A stretch of 64,000 nt of DNA, taken from Thermoplasmatota archaeon. GTDB taxonomy: Archaea > Thermoplasmatota > E2 > JACPAO01 > JAHFTW01. The notes beneath the pieces were generated by a model that saw only the letters and a program-made list of their open reading frames with translations, had not been told where the DNA came from and made no database searches. The stretch lies in the NCBI GenBank assembly GCA_041601615.1, contig JBFIHX010000007.1:93468-157467 (forward strand), read 5' to 3'. A program made the position numbers and the translations under genes. Of this stretch, positions 8,376 through 17,055 are shown piece by piece. How positions within the stretch are numbered: the first letter of the stretch is position 1; every line of letters starts with the position of its first letter.

Positions 8376-10097
8376 CTAGAATCCGAAGCCAGCCCAATGC
8401 CCCCTTCTGTACTCGCCCAGACCTTCGATGGCGGCGTTGACTCGCTCGAGCTTGCCGCCGAAAAGGTTAGTTTCGAGCGGCCCCCAGTTGGTGCCCCGCG
8501 CTTCGATGTCACTTTCCATGATTTTTAGAGCGGAATCACCATGATGGTTGCTCAGCCATGGTCCGGCCGCATAGTGTGGCCGACGTTTCTCTTGGATGGC
8601 GTGGTCGGCCCGATGAAGGTTAACAATCGCGTCGAAATTATCGAATGCCTGGGCTGCATCGCCCTCGGACCCAAGCACGTCTTTTACACACTCCACCACA
8701 GCCCCTTTGAACCGCTCTCGGAGCCAGAAAAGGTTGCGCTTCGCATCTGGGATGCCTTCCTTGATTTTGCCACAAATCCGGTTTGGCTCGAACGCGAAGG
8801 GTGCCCAATCCCGGTCGCCCGGCAACCCCATGTCGTTCAATTGCAGCAAAGCCGTAACCGATTCCCATTCGTCGCGGGCAATCATCGAGGTTCCGGCCGC
8901 CCACCACGCCATGGCCGCCGGAAGCACCATCGCTTCCTCAAGTGCGCTGTTCCACGGGCTCACGGTTCGGTTGTATGAAGACGCGTTTCGGAATGGCCGC
9001 TCAAGGTGCGGGGTGCTATTGGGGACCCAGAACGCGGTCGTACCGCTGATCGCAGCGAAGATGCGCCCCTCGCCGAGAAGCGCGTGAAAGCGCGCCTCCA
9101 AGTCGACGTCCCCGCCCGAGTGGATGGGGAAAGCATCGGTGTGGAGACGTTCTTGGATATGTTTTGCTTCGCGCATCAATGAATCATGGAGGCGCATGAA
9201 AGGGGGCCCGGCTTCTATTTGCTGCTTAGTTGCTTCGACTGCAAGCCCGATGGACAGGGGAGTGCCCTCGCCCAAGCGCGCCAGGCTGGCTACGGAATCA
9301 GATAAACCCCCAAAAAATTCGTCGGCCGGGCCCACCGGCGCGTATGGAATCTGCTGTCGAGTGGAAATCTCCTTGATGGCGTCGCTCGCTTCGCCTCGGC
9401 CTGCCCACAACGACTCGAACCGACGTGATTGCCGTGCCTCAATCAAGGACAATAACGCCGTGTCGTGTTCGGCACTCCATCCTGATATGAGTAAACCATG
9501 CTCTTCAAGAATGCGGGCGACGAAATTTGCAAGGTCGCCATGATACTCGGCCAACTCATCCTGGGTGTTAAGGAATCCAGGGTCTTTGTAGTCCCCGTTG
9601 ACCTTTACTACAACCACGCCGGATTGGCTGACCGGCACGGCGCCTGCTGCCTGCGATGGATTGCTAATTACAACGGGTTCAATGCCCTGCTCAACCAACG
9701 CGGCTTCCATTAGCCTGTCAAAATTCGTAGTCAAAATTACCTTGAGGTAACCCCCCGCTGCCAATTCTGCAATGGCTCGATGGGCCGCCGTTGGCTCGGG
9801 AATCTTGCCGTCCGGTTCAAAATAGCCGGCCAGTAAAGCGACGCGCTGTTCCTTCGAATTGGCTAGATCTTGGATAATCTCCGAGTACTGGGCCGGCTTG
9901 CCAAACGTTTCCTGGAACCATTGGAGCGGGGTGGCGGGGTCTTGAGCTTGGGCTGCTGCGATACGCCGTGCAAGATCCTCGACAACCTCGTACCCAGTTG
10001 GAATCTTTGCGGCGCGGCTTGCACCTGACCCCAGGAGCACCGCGATGCTCCCTGGGCGGTCATGCATGGCCATTGCAATGCGTACGGCCGGGTTCAT
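8376..10097 (-). CDS. SIR2-family (SIR2_2) protein with long C-terminal extension (integron cassette 1)
   Basis: Motifs AVLLGSGAS..AKIPTG, PTAAHRAIA, ILTTNFDRLME, KVNGDY and ISGWS..HD. Codon usage differs from neighbours. Confidence 0.85.
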   Translation of the reverse strand: MNPAVRIAMAMHDRPGSIAVLLGSGASRAAKIPTGYEVVEDLARRIAAAQAQDPATPLQWFQETFGKPAQYSEIIQDLANSKEQRVALLAGYFEPDGKIPEPTAAHRAIAELAAGGYLKVILTTNFDRLMEAALVEQGIEPVVISNPSQAAGAVPVSQSGVVVVKVNGDYKDPGFLNTQDELAEYHGDLANFVARILEEHGLLISGWSAEHDTALLSLIEARQSRRFESLWAGRGEASDAIKEISTRQQIPYAPVGPADEFFGGLSDSVASLARLGEGTPLSIGLAVEATKQQIEAGPPFMRLHDSLMREAKHIQERLHTDAFPIHSGGDVDLEARFHALLGEGRIFAAISGTTAFWVPNSTPHLERPFRNASSYNRTVSPWNSALEEAMVLPAAMAWWAAGTSMIARDEWESVTALLQLNDMGLPGDRDWAPFAFEPNRICGKIKEGIPDAKRNLFWLRERFKGAVVECVKDVLGSEGDAAQAFDNFDAIVNLHRADHAIQEKRRPHYAAGPWLSNHHGDSALKIMESDIEARGTNWGPLETNLFGGKLERVNAAIEGLGEYRRGHWAGFGF

Positions 10098-10183
10098 ATG
10101 TTGCCATCCGCGCCCCCGTTTGAAGCGTTGCCTGCCTTTGGCAGATTGCAATAATCAACTGGCGCCCAAGCCCGCAGCCCGCA

Positions 10184-10216
10184 AGATAACTAGGAATTAT
10201 GCCGACGCGGCATAAC
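10184..10216 (-). mobile_element. Putative attI-like recombination site
   Basis: Minus strand GCATAAT-TCCTA-GTTATCT (L box, 5-bp spacer, R box), preceded by a second GTTATGC. GTTATCTTGC is the exact complement of the cassette's R'' GCAAGATAAC. Confidence 0.6.
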
Positions 10217-10359
10217 CATGCCCCGCCCGCCCGTTCCGCCACACGCAATGTTGGCACCAGGGCATTCCCCCTGCCCCCGGCTTTGCAATAGCTCGTGCAA
10301 TCATCGGGAATCTAGGCGAGTGTCGAATAGATGAGGAGGAAGAGGAGGGGCAGAGGTGT

Positions 10360-11268
10360 CTACGCCAACCCAGCTTCCGCCAGAATCGCCCTCGCCGTAG
10401 GCGCCATGCCTTTGTCGTTGCCTTTGGCTGCTGCCTTGACAACGTTGGCTTGCGCTTGGCCCATCGTGGTGCGGATTTCTTCGTAGAAGACGCCGGTGAC
10501 GAACGGGGCGCCCATGGCGGCGACTACGGCGGCGGTTTTGTCCGTCTTGTCGTGGGCGGGGTTCAGGTCGGTTTGCTCGCTGCGGGCCTTCTCGTAGATG
10601 TCGTGGAAGGTAACACAGGGGCTGATGACCTGGATGAAGGAGTAGCCGGGGTGTTCGAGGCCTTGCTTGATGAGCTCGACGAGTTCCTTCATTTTGCCGC
10701 TGTAGCCACGGGCGACGAACGAGGCGCCGGCCATGATGGACAGGGCAAGCGGGTTCAGGGGCACGTCGCTGCTGGTGGCGGCGGTGTTGAAGGGCGTGGA
10801 CTTGGTCTTGAGGCCGATCTCCGAGGTGGGACTGGCTTGTCCCTTGGTGAGGCCGTAGATTTCGTTGTCCATCATCACGTAGGTGATGTCAGGGTTGCGG
10901 CGGGCCGCGTGCAGGAAGTGGCCGGCTCCGATGGCCATGCCGTCGCCGTCGCCGCCCACTGCGAGGACGGTGCGTTCGGGTTGGGCAAGCTTCGTGCCGA
11001 TGGCGACCGGGAGGGCGCGTCCGTGGCAGGAGTGGAAGCCGTAGGCGTTCATGAAGTGGGGGAAGCGGCTGGAGCAGCCAATGCCACTGATGAAGACCGT
11101 GTCTTCGGGGAGTTTGCCGAGTTCCGCAAGGGCGCGTTGCATGGCGGCGAGTACGCCAAAGTCACCGCAGCCGGGGCACCAGACGGGGGGAAGGCGTCCC
11201 TTGTAGTCCTTGGGCTTTAGTTGCGTGGTTGCGGCGGCCGCGGGTGCGGCGGGGGTGGACTCGCTCAT
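10360..11268 (-). CDS. korB: 2-oxoacid:ferredoxin oxidoreductase beta subunit
   Basis: Motifs WCPGCGDF, SGIGCS, HGRALP, GGDGD, DNEIYGLTKGQ.SPTS and SPCVTF. Confidence 0.95.
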   Translation of the reverse strand: MSESTPAAPAAAATTQLKPKDYKGRLPPVWCPGCGDFGVLAAMQRALAELGKLPEDTVFISGIGCSSRFPHFMNAYGFHSCHGRALPVAIGTKLAQPERTVLAVGGDGDGMAIGAGHFLHAARRNPDITYVMMDNEIYGLTKGQASPTSEIGLKTKSTPFNTAATSSDVPLNPLALSIMAGASFVARGYSGKMKELVELIKQGLEHPGYSFIQVISPCVTFHDIYEKARSEQTDLNPAHDKTDKTAAVVAAMGAPFVTGVFYEEIRTTMGQAQANVVKAAAKGNDKGMAPTARAILAEAGLA

Positions 11269-13025
11269 GCGTAGGCCTCCTTGGTGGGCATCTTGGCGTC
11301 GATCTCTTGCAGCTTCTCCAGGACTTCAAGCCAGGAGACGGGGGTGCCGTGGACCTTGTTGAGGCGGTGGTAGTTGCGTGCGACTTCCTTGCGAAGCAGG
11401 CCCTCCAGTTGTCCCGTGTAGTTCATCTCGACGACCACGACCTCTTTGGCGGCGGCGATCTTTTCGAGGAAACCAGTGCGGGGCAGGGGGTTGAGGATCT
11501 TGGGCACGAGGTAGCCGACAGACTTGCCTTCTTGGATCATGTGCTGGACGGCTTCCTTGACGGGGCCTTTGCTGCTGCCCCAGGTGATGACCAGGAGATC
11601 GGGGTTCTCGTCGCCGTATGCTTCGAGCGCCATGGGGTATTGCCAGGCGTCCGCGATCTTGCCCATGCGCTTCTGCATCATGGCGGTGTGGTTCTCGCCC
11701 GTGTAGGTCGGATCACCTTTCTCGTTGTGCTCCAAGCCTTCGGCGACGTGCATGCCGCCCGGTTGGCCAGGGATGGCCTGGGGCGAAACACCGGAGGGGG
11801 TGAGCTTGTAGCGCTTGTAGTCCTCGGCGCGGTCCTCGTCGCTGGCAAATTCGCGGCGAATGATCGGCACGTCGCCCAGTGCGGGGACGGCGAGGTTTTC
11901 GCGGCGGTTGGCGAGCGCGTGGTCGGTTGCGAGAATGACCGGGACTTGGTACTTCTCGGCGAGGTTGAAGGCCCAGATGGTTTGGTAGAAGCAGTCGCGC
12001 ACGCCACTGGGGGCGAGGACAATGCGGCTGGCTTCGCCGTGGCTGCCGTAGACCATTTGGTTCAAGTCCGATTGCTCGGGCTTGGTGGGCAGGCCGGTGC
12101 TGGGTCCGCCGCGCATGGCATCCACGACCACGAGGGGTAGTTCGAGGGTGCTGGCGTGGCCGAACATTTCCTGCATGAGGCTGAGTCCGGGGCCGCTGGT
12201 GGCGGTCATGGACTTCTTGCCTGCGTAGGAGGCGCCGACACACATGCTGATGGCGGCGATTTCGTCCTCGGCTTGGATCAGGGTGTTGCCGAACTTCGGC
12301 ATTTCCTTGGCCAGTTCTTCGAGGATGCTGCTGGCGGGGGTGATCGGATAGCCTCCGAAGAATTCCACGCCGGCGACAAGGGCGCCGAGCACGATGGCGT
12401 CGTTGCCGTTGATGAGGATGCGGTCATCGTCGCCGCCCACCACTTGCAGGCTGTCGGCGTGCTGGCGGGGGATGGTCGCGATGTATTGGTACGCAGCGTC
12501 CACGGCCTCGTCGTTTTTGTCGAGGATTTTGGGGTTCTTGCCCTTGAACTTCTTGCGTACTGTTTTCTTGAGCGAATCGGCAGGAAGGTCGTACAGGGAG
12601 GCAAAGCATGCCACCGCGAAGACGTTCTTGCTCTTGGGCGAACCGACCATCTCTTTGACGAGGCGGTCGAAGTCAATTTCGTAGACGGTCAAGTCGGGTT
12701 TTTCGGGAACCGTCTTCACTTGTCCGGGGTCATAAATCAGGACGCCGCCGGGGCGCACGGCGCCGAGGTGCTTGTCGATGCCTTCTTGGTTGAAGGCGAC
12801 AAGAACGTCGACGGCGCTGCCCGCAGACAGAACCTCCTCACTACTGGCACGCAATTGGTACCAACAATGCCCGCCTTTGATTTCAGCGGGGTAAGACTCG
12901 AACGTGAATACGTTGAAACCGATGTCACTAATGGCAAGCGTAGCGATCTCGCCTGCCGAAATGACACCTTCACCTGACTCGCCGGCGACCCGGAACGTGA
13001 AGCTGGGGATAGGCTTGCACCTCAT
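11265..13025 (-). CDS. korA: 2-oxoacid:ferredoxin oxidoreductase alpha (gamma-alpha fused) subunit
   Basis: Motifs AGESGEGVI, YPAEIKGG, GYPITPAS, QAEDEIAA, TATSGPG and RGGPSTGLPTKPEQSD. Confidence 0.95.
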   Translation of the reverse strand: MRCKPIPSFTFRVAGESGEGVISAGEIATLAISDIGFNVFTFESYPAEIKGGHCWYQLRASSEEVLSAGSAVDVLVAFNQEGIDKHLGAVRPGGVLIYDPGQVKTVPEKPDLTVYEIDFDRLVKEMVGSPKSKNVFAVACFASLYDLPADSLKKTVRKKFKGKNPKILDKNDEAVDAAYQYIATIPRQHADSLQVVGGDDDRILINGNDAIVLGALVAGVEFFGGYPITPASSILEELAKEMPKFGNTLIQAEDEIAAISMCVGASYAGKKSMTATSGPGLSLMQEMFGHASTLELPLVVVDAMRGGPSTGLPTKPEQSDLNQMVYGSHGEASRIVLAPSGVRDCFYQTIWAFNLAEKYQVPVILATDHALANRRENLAVPALGDVPIIRREFASDEDRAEDYKRYKLTPSGVSPQAIPGQPGGMHVAEGLEHNEKGDPTYTGENHTAMMQKRMGKIADAWQYPMALEAYGDENPDLLVITWGSSKGPVKEAVQHMIQEGKSVGYLVPKILNPLPRTGFLEKIAAAKEVVVVEMNYTGQLEGLLRKEVARNYHRLNKVHGTPVSWLEVLEKLQEIDAKMPTKEAYA

Positions 13026-13235
13026 AGTCTGCCCTGGGTACAGACCTATTTCCGGCCACTTCTGTTGCTTATTAAAGTGTTCAGGATGGAACTCGTCCGA
13101 CCGTGGCGAGGTTGGCGCGGGCTATTCCGCCGTGCCAAAGCGCTTGGGGGTTGATGGGTTCACCCGAATGGGGCTGTGTTCGTGCCTCAGTCCGGGGGGC
13201 TCGTTGCGGGTCGATGATGACGGCTTCGGGCACGT

Positions 13236-14717
13236 TCAGTGGCGGCGACGGGCAACCACGACGGCGGCGCCGAGTCCTGCGAGAATGCCGAGGGCTCCGG
13301 GGCCGGGGCTGTCCTTCTTTACGTCGGGGTCCGCGGTGGTGGGCGCGGCGGTGTCGTTGGCGGTGACTCCGCCGACGTTTACCTGCAATTCCCAGGTGCG
13401 GTCCTTTTGTTGGGAGCCTTCGAGCCAGCTGATGGTGCCGTTGACTTGGTAGATGCCGTGCGGGACGTCGGTGCCGGGGCGGACGGTGAATTCCTGTTGT
13501 TGGTCTTCGCCGGGGCCGATGGCTTGGTGTTCGCGCCAGGCGACGCTCCATGCGCCGGGGGCTGGGGCTTGGGTGCTTTGGACGATGGGGTCGTCGTAGC
13601 TTGTGAACGGGTGGCCGGTGGCGCCACCGAGGTTGCGCATGGCGAACTGGAACACGGCGGCTTCCCCGGGAGAGACTGTCTTGGTTTGTTCGTCTACGCT
13701 GATTTGGAGGCGCGGTACGTCGAGCGTAATGGCGCCGCCGCCGGCGCTGCCGATGTGGATTTCTTTCTGGGCTAGGTTGCCTGCAAGGTCGCGGGCTTCC
13801 ACGCGCACCACGTCGCTGTCTAGGATGGGGCGACCTGAGAGGGCCCAGGCTTCGCCGAGGGGGCCGCAGGTCTGGGGAGGTTGTTGGCTGCATTCGTTCG
13901 CGACGGTGCTGCCGGTGCCGTAGGGGCCGTAGCCGGGCAGCAAGTCGTCGTCCCAGATGCGCCCTTCAAAGGGAGTCATGTTCTGAACGGCGCCGTCCTT
14001 TTGGTGCACGAGTTTGCCGTTGATGAACACCCGCAGTTCGGAGAGGGGTTCGGCAAATTCGAGGGTGAGGGTGGAGCCGGCGGGGGCGGCGTTCTTGCTG
14101 ATGTCCAGTTCACCGTCGCCAGGAAGCATAATGGCCCAGGGCTCCGTCTTGTCCTGGGCTTGGTGTTCTGCGGTGGGGTACGGTTCGTCGTTGCAATAAC
14201 TGGGCGCCGGTTCGGTGCAGTTGTCGACGACGGCGAGGGTCCAAGCGCGTGCGATTTCGTTGTCGTTGGCGTCGTAGGCGTGGACTGCGGCCATGTAGTC
14301 GCCATCGGGGACGAGGGTCGTTTGGAGGTTGATGAAGAAGCCGTCCGAGGGGTCAATGTCGGCGCGGTAGTTGATGATGTAGGGGCCGCTGGGAATCCAG
14401 GGCTCCATGGCGCAGACTTCTGTTTCGCTGGCCATCTGGGACACGGGGCTGAAGCTGAAGCCGAAGGTGGCAATTTGGTCGGCGCCGTCGCCGATGGCTT
14501 GGAACTGCGCAAAGAGCTGTCCTTGCGCGTGCACTTTGCCGTCGCCCTTCTGTTTGAGTCCGGGGTTCAGGAAATCTAGAAGGATGTCGCCGCAGCAGTC
14601 GAAGTCGCTGTTGGCTTGACATTCGGTTCCCTGCTGGTCGAGTTCTGCGCCGGCAAACGCAGCGGGCACGGAGACTAGCAGGAGCAGGAAGCAAAGGCCG
14701 GCCTGGACCGGACGCAT
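13236..14717 (-). CDS. Secreted surface protein with Ig-like domains and PGF-CTERM-like tail
   Basis: Signal peptide MRPVQAGLCFLLLL...AFA. The C-terminus is a Thr-rich linker then SPGPG-TM-RRRH. Confidence 0.75.
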   Translation of the reverse strand: MRPVQAGLCFLLLLVSVPAAFAGAELDQQGTECQANSDFDCCGDILLDFLNPGLKQKGDGKVHAQGQLFAQFQAIGDGADQIATFGFSFSPVSQMASETEVCAMEPWIPSGPYIINYRADIDPSDGFFINLQTTLVPDGDYMAAVHAYDANDNEIARAWTLAVVDNCTEPAPSYCNDEPYPTAEHQAQDKTEPWAIMLPGDGELDISKNAAPAGSTLTLEFAEPLSELRVFINGKLVHQKDGAVQNMTPFEGRIWDDDLLPGYGPYGTGSTVANECSQQPPQTCGPLGEAWALSGRPILDSDVVRVEARDLAGNLAQKEIHIGSAGGGAITLDVPRLQISVDEQTKTVSPGEAAVFQFAMRNLGGATGHPFTSYDDPIVQSTQAPAPGAWSVAWREHQAIGPGEDQQQEFTVRPGTDVPHGIYQVNGTISWLEGSQQKDRTWELQVNVGGVTANDTAAPTTADPDVKKDSPGPGALGILAGLGAAVVVARRRH

Positions 14718-14838
14718 ACACCACATCATGGCATCGAGGCCGCTTTGCGGGCAAAAGGGTTGTTGTCGGTTTTGGAAGTTGGAGGCTTTTGAGAAATCCC
14801 CAGTCAACGTCAAACGAGGGGGTTTCATTTTGGGGGAT

Positions 14839-15258
14839 ATGCTCCGTTCTTTGGGCGTTCTTTGCATGCTGGCGGTCGTCACTCTGGCCGTACCGACCTC
14901 CGCAGCTTCGCTGGAAAAAGACACCGATGGCCTAGGCGTGTTCCCGGTGGATTGTTTGGCCGGGTACGCAGGTTGGCAAATCCGCGATACGGGATACTTC
15001 ATCGGCGACCCGATGAACCGCTTTGGCTACTACCAACAAGTCCTGGTGTTCAACAACTTCATCCTGGTCTTCTGTGCCTTGTATGAAGTCAACTGTGCCC
15101 AGGTGTACGCCTCCGATCTCCTGATGGACTTTGGCTCCAACCTCTCCAACGGTGCCTACTTTGCGGCGGTTGCGTCGACCATTCCAAACTCCTTGGACTA
15201 CGCAAGTTGCGCAACGGGCGTGCCGATGCCGACACCCACGGTGAACATCGCACAGTAA
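14839..15258 (+). CDS. Small secreted hypothetical protein
   Basis: Signal peptide ending SAA, with 4 Cys in the mature part. Confidence 0.55.
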   Translation: MLRSLGVLCMLAVVTLAVPTSAASLEKDTDGLGVFPVDCLAGYAGWQIRDTGYFIGDPMNRFGYYQQVLVFNNFILVFCALYEVNCAQVYASDLLMDFGSNLSNGAYFAAVASTIPNSLDYASCATGVPMPTPTVNIAQ

Positions 15259-15517
15259 AACGACGAACATTCATTTGTTCCTTCGTCCCTCTGGGGCCAT
15301 CTCCGCCTCCTTTCCCACCCCATTCTTCCTTGGCGCCCATTCGAGGCGCGGGCAGTTCCCCAGCCTCATTGGGCAAAGCGATACGCTCCCGTCCGCATCA
15401 GCGCCATGCAAAAACGGGGTCAGCGTCAAAAATGGAGAAAGGAAGGAAAGCCGGAATGGAAGAAAGAAGGAAAATCCTGAGCAAGCGGCTATCGAGGCCC
15501 CAAGCGATGGGGGGCAC

Positions 15518-16297
15518 TCAGCTTGCGTAGGTTCGAATCAGGTCCGTCCTGGTGACGATACCTTCGATGGTGCCGCGACCGTCGACGATGGGCAGCGCTC
15601 CGACGTGGTGTTGCCGCATCAGACCCGCCGCCTCCATGGCAGTCATGTCACTGCGGCCCGTGATCACTTCGCGTCGCATCCAGTCGCCTACTTGCATGTC
15701 GCGAATGGTCGCCTTCTGGACGCTTTGGTCGGCTTCCTTGAAGCCGGCAAAGGCGCTGGCAATTTCATGCTCGGCGATGATGCCGGCAATGCGGCCACCG
15801 TCAAGCACCGGCAAACGCGCCACATCGTTGTCGAGAATCATGCGACGGGCATGAATCATGCGCTCGCCTGGACTGACGGAGTGCACTTGTCGGTGCATCA
15901 ATTCCGCCAGGCGCCGATCGCTCTTGACCAGCGGCAGCAGGTCGCTCTTTGTGACGACGCCCACGAGGTGGTCGCCTTGGACCACGGGAATCATCGTCAG
16001 GCCTGGTTTGCCCACGTCGGCCAGCAGCGTTGCAAGCGGTTCGTCCGGGTGCGCGACGATGAAGTCCTTCTCCATCACGCCGCTCGCGTGGAGCGTACTG
16101 GTCTGAATGTTCTTGTTGTGGGCCCGACCCAGTTTGTCGGCAATGTGCCCATCCGTGACGATGCCTACAAGGCGGCCGTCTTCGGTCACGGGGATTTTGG
16201 TCATGTTGTGCTGCTCCATGAGAGCGAGCACGTCCTTCAGGTTGCGGTCTTTGTCCACAGTGATGAGTTCCGTGGACATTACTTCTCGTACTTTCAT
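15518..16297 (-). CDS. Four-CBS-domain protein
   Basis: MKVREVM...IPV..DGRLVGIVT and three further CBS repeats. Confidence 0.9.
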   Translation of the reverse strand: MKVREVMSTELITVDKDRNLKDVLALMEQHNMTKIPVTEDGRLVGIVTDGHIADKLGRAHNKNIQTSTLHASGVMEKDFIVAHPDEPLATLLADVGKPGLTMIPVVQGDHLVGVVTKSDLLPLVKSDRRLAELMHRQVHSVSPGERMIHARRMILDNDVARLPVLDGGRIAGIIAEHEIASAFAGFKEADQSVQKATIRDMQVGDWMRREVITGRSDMTAMEAAGLMRQHHVGALPIVDGRGTIEGIVTRTDLIRTYAS

Positions 16298-16550
16298 AGG
16301 GTTGCGCCTCAGCGAAGCGTGCACCTGCCTCCAAGTGGGCTTTGGACCGCGCCGCCGGGAATCCCACCCGAGGTGCGCGCCCTTTGCAGTTGGTCGGTTC
16401 GATCCGGACCTTGCACGCAACCCATAGTATCAAGTTCCGAGCTTATCAGCGCTTCGTATGGACCCAGCGCCCGGGAGTACACAAGAGGGCATTCTGACCC
16501 CGAAGTAGTTTCACTGGCGTCTCCCGTTCCTTTGTAATCCACGCCAAGGC
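16298..16550 (-). ncRNA. Possible structured RNA leader of the CBS gene
   Basis: About 250 bp intergenic. Pairings are GGGTTGCG/CGCAACCC, GCGTGCA/TGCACGC and CGGGAG/CTCCCG. No family recognised. Confidence 0.3.
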
Positions 16551-16560
16551 TTCCTCATTC

Positions 16561-17055
16561 GTGCCCGCCGCCACGGCCTCCCGGCCGCCGAGCAAGATCA
16601 ACCGCGCCGCCAAAGGAGCCGCCATCGAACTCAAGGCGATCAAACTTCTCGAACTCGAAGGCTACACCATCCACCGCTGCATTCGAACCGGAGTACGTCG
16701 TGGCGGACTCTGGATCAGCCAAAGCAACGACATCTTCGGCTGCATCGACCTCGTGGCCAAAAAACGCGGCGAACGCACGCGCTGGATCCAAGTCACCTCC
16801 CACAGCGGCGTTGGCCAGAAAAAAGAGGACCTCGCCGAAGTTCCATGGGACCCCATCCACGACTCCGTGGAAATCTGGCGCTGGATCGGCGGCGCGCGCC
16901 GCAAACACAAAACCACCGGCGCCTGGCTGGACCGCCAATACTTCCAAATCTACCACCTCGACGACGACTACGCCCTCGTGCCCGAGCGACGCATACGCGA
17001 ACCACCCGAATGGAACCCCGAAGAAGACTGCACCTTCGGAGGCGAGGAAGAATGA
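16561..17055 (+). CDS. PD-(D/E)XK nuclease, Holliday-junction-resolvase-like
   Basis: KG...E......LE..GY.I.R and DIFG.IDLVA....WIQVT. Confidence 0.65.
   Translation: MPAATASRPPSKINRAAKGAAIELKAIKLLELEGYTIHRCIRTGVRRGGLWISQSNDIFGCIDLVAKKRGERTRWIQVTSHSGVGQKKEDLAEVPWDPIHDSVEIWRWIGGARRKHKTTGAWLDRQYFQIYHLDDDYALVPERRIREPPEWNPEEDCTFGGEEE

Noticed and set aside
16317-16420. tRNA-like element (GCGTGCA...GGTTCGATCC...TGCACGC)
   Set aside because: There is no convincing D or anticodon arm, and the T-arm to acceptor spacing is wrong.
16420-16560. RNase P, SRP or hammerhead RNA
   Set aside because: Only short fragments (GAGGAAG, GTGAAAC, CTGATAAG) are present, and not in the required order or context.
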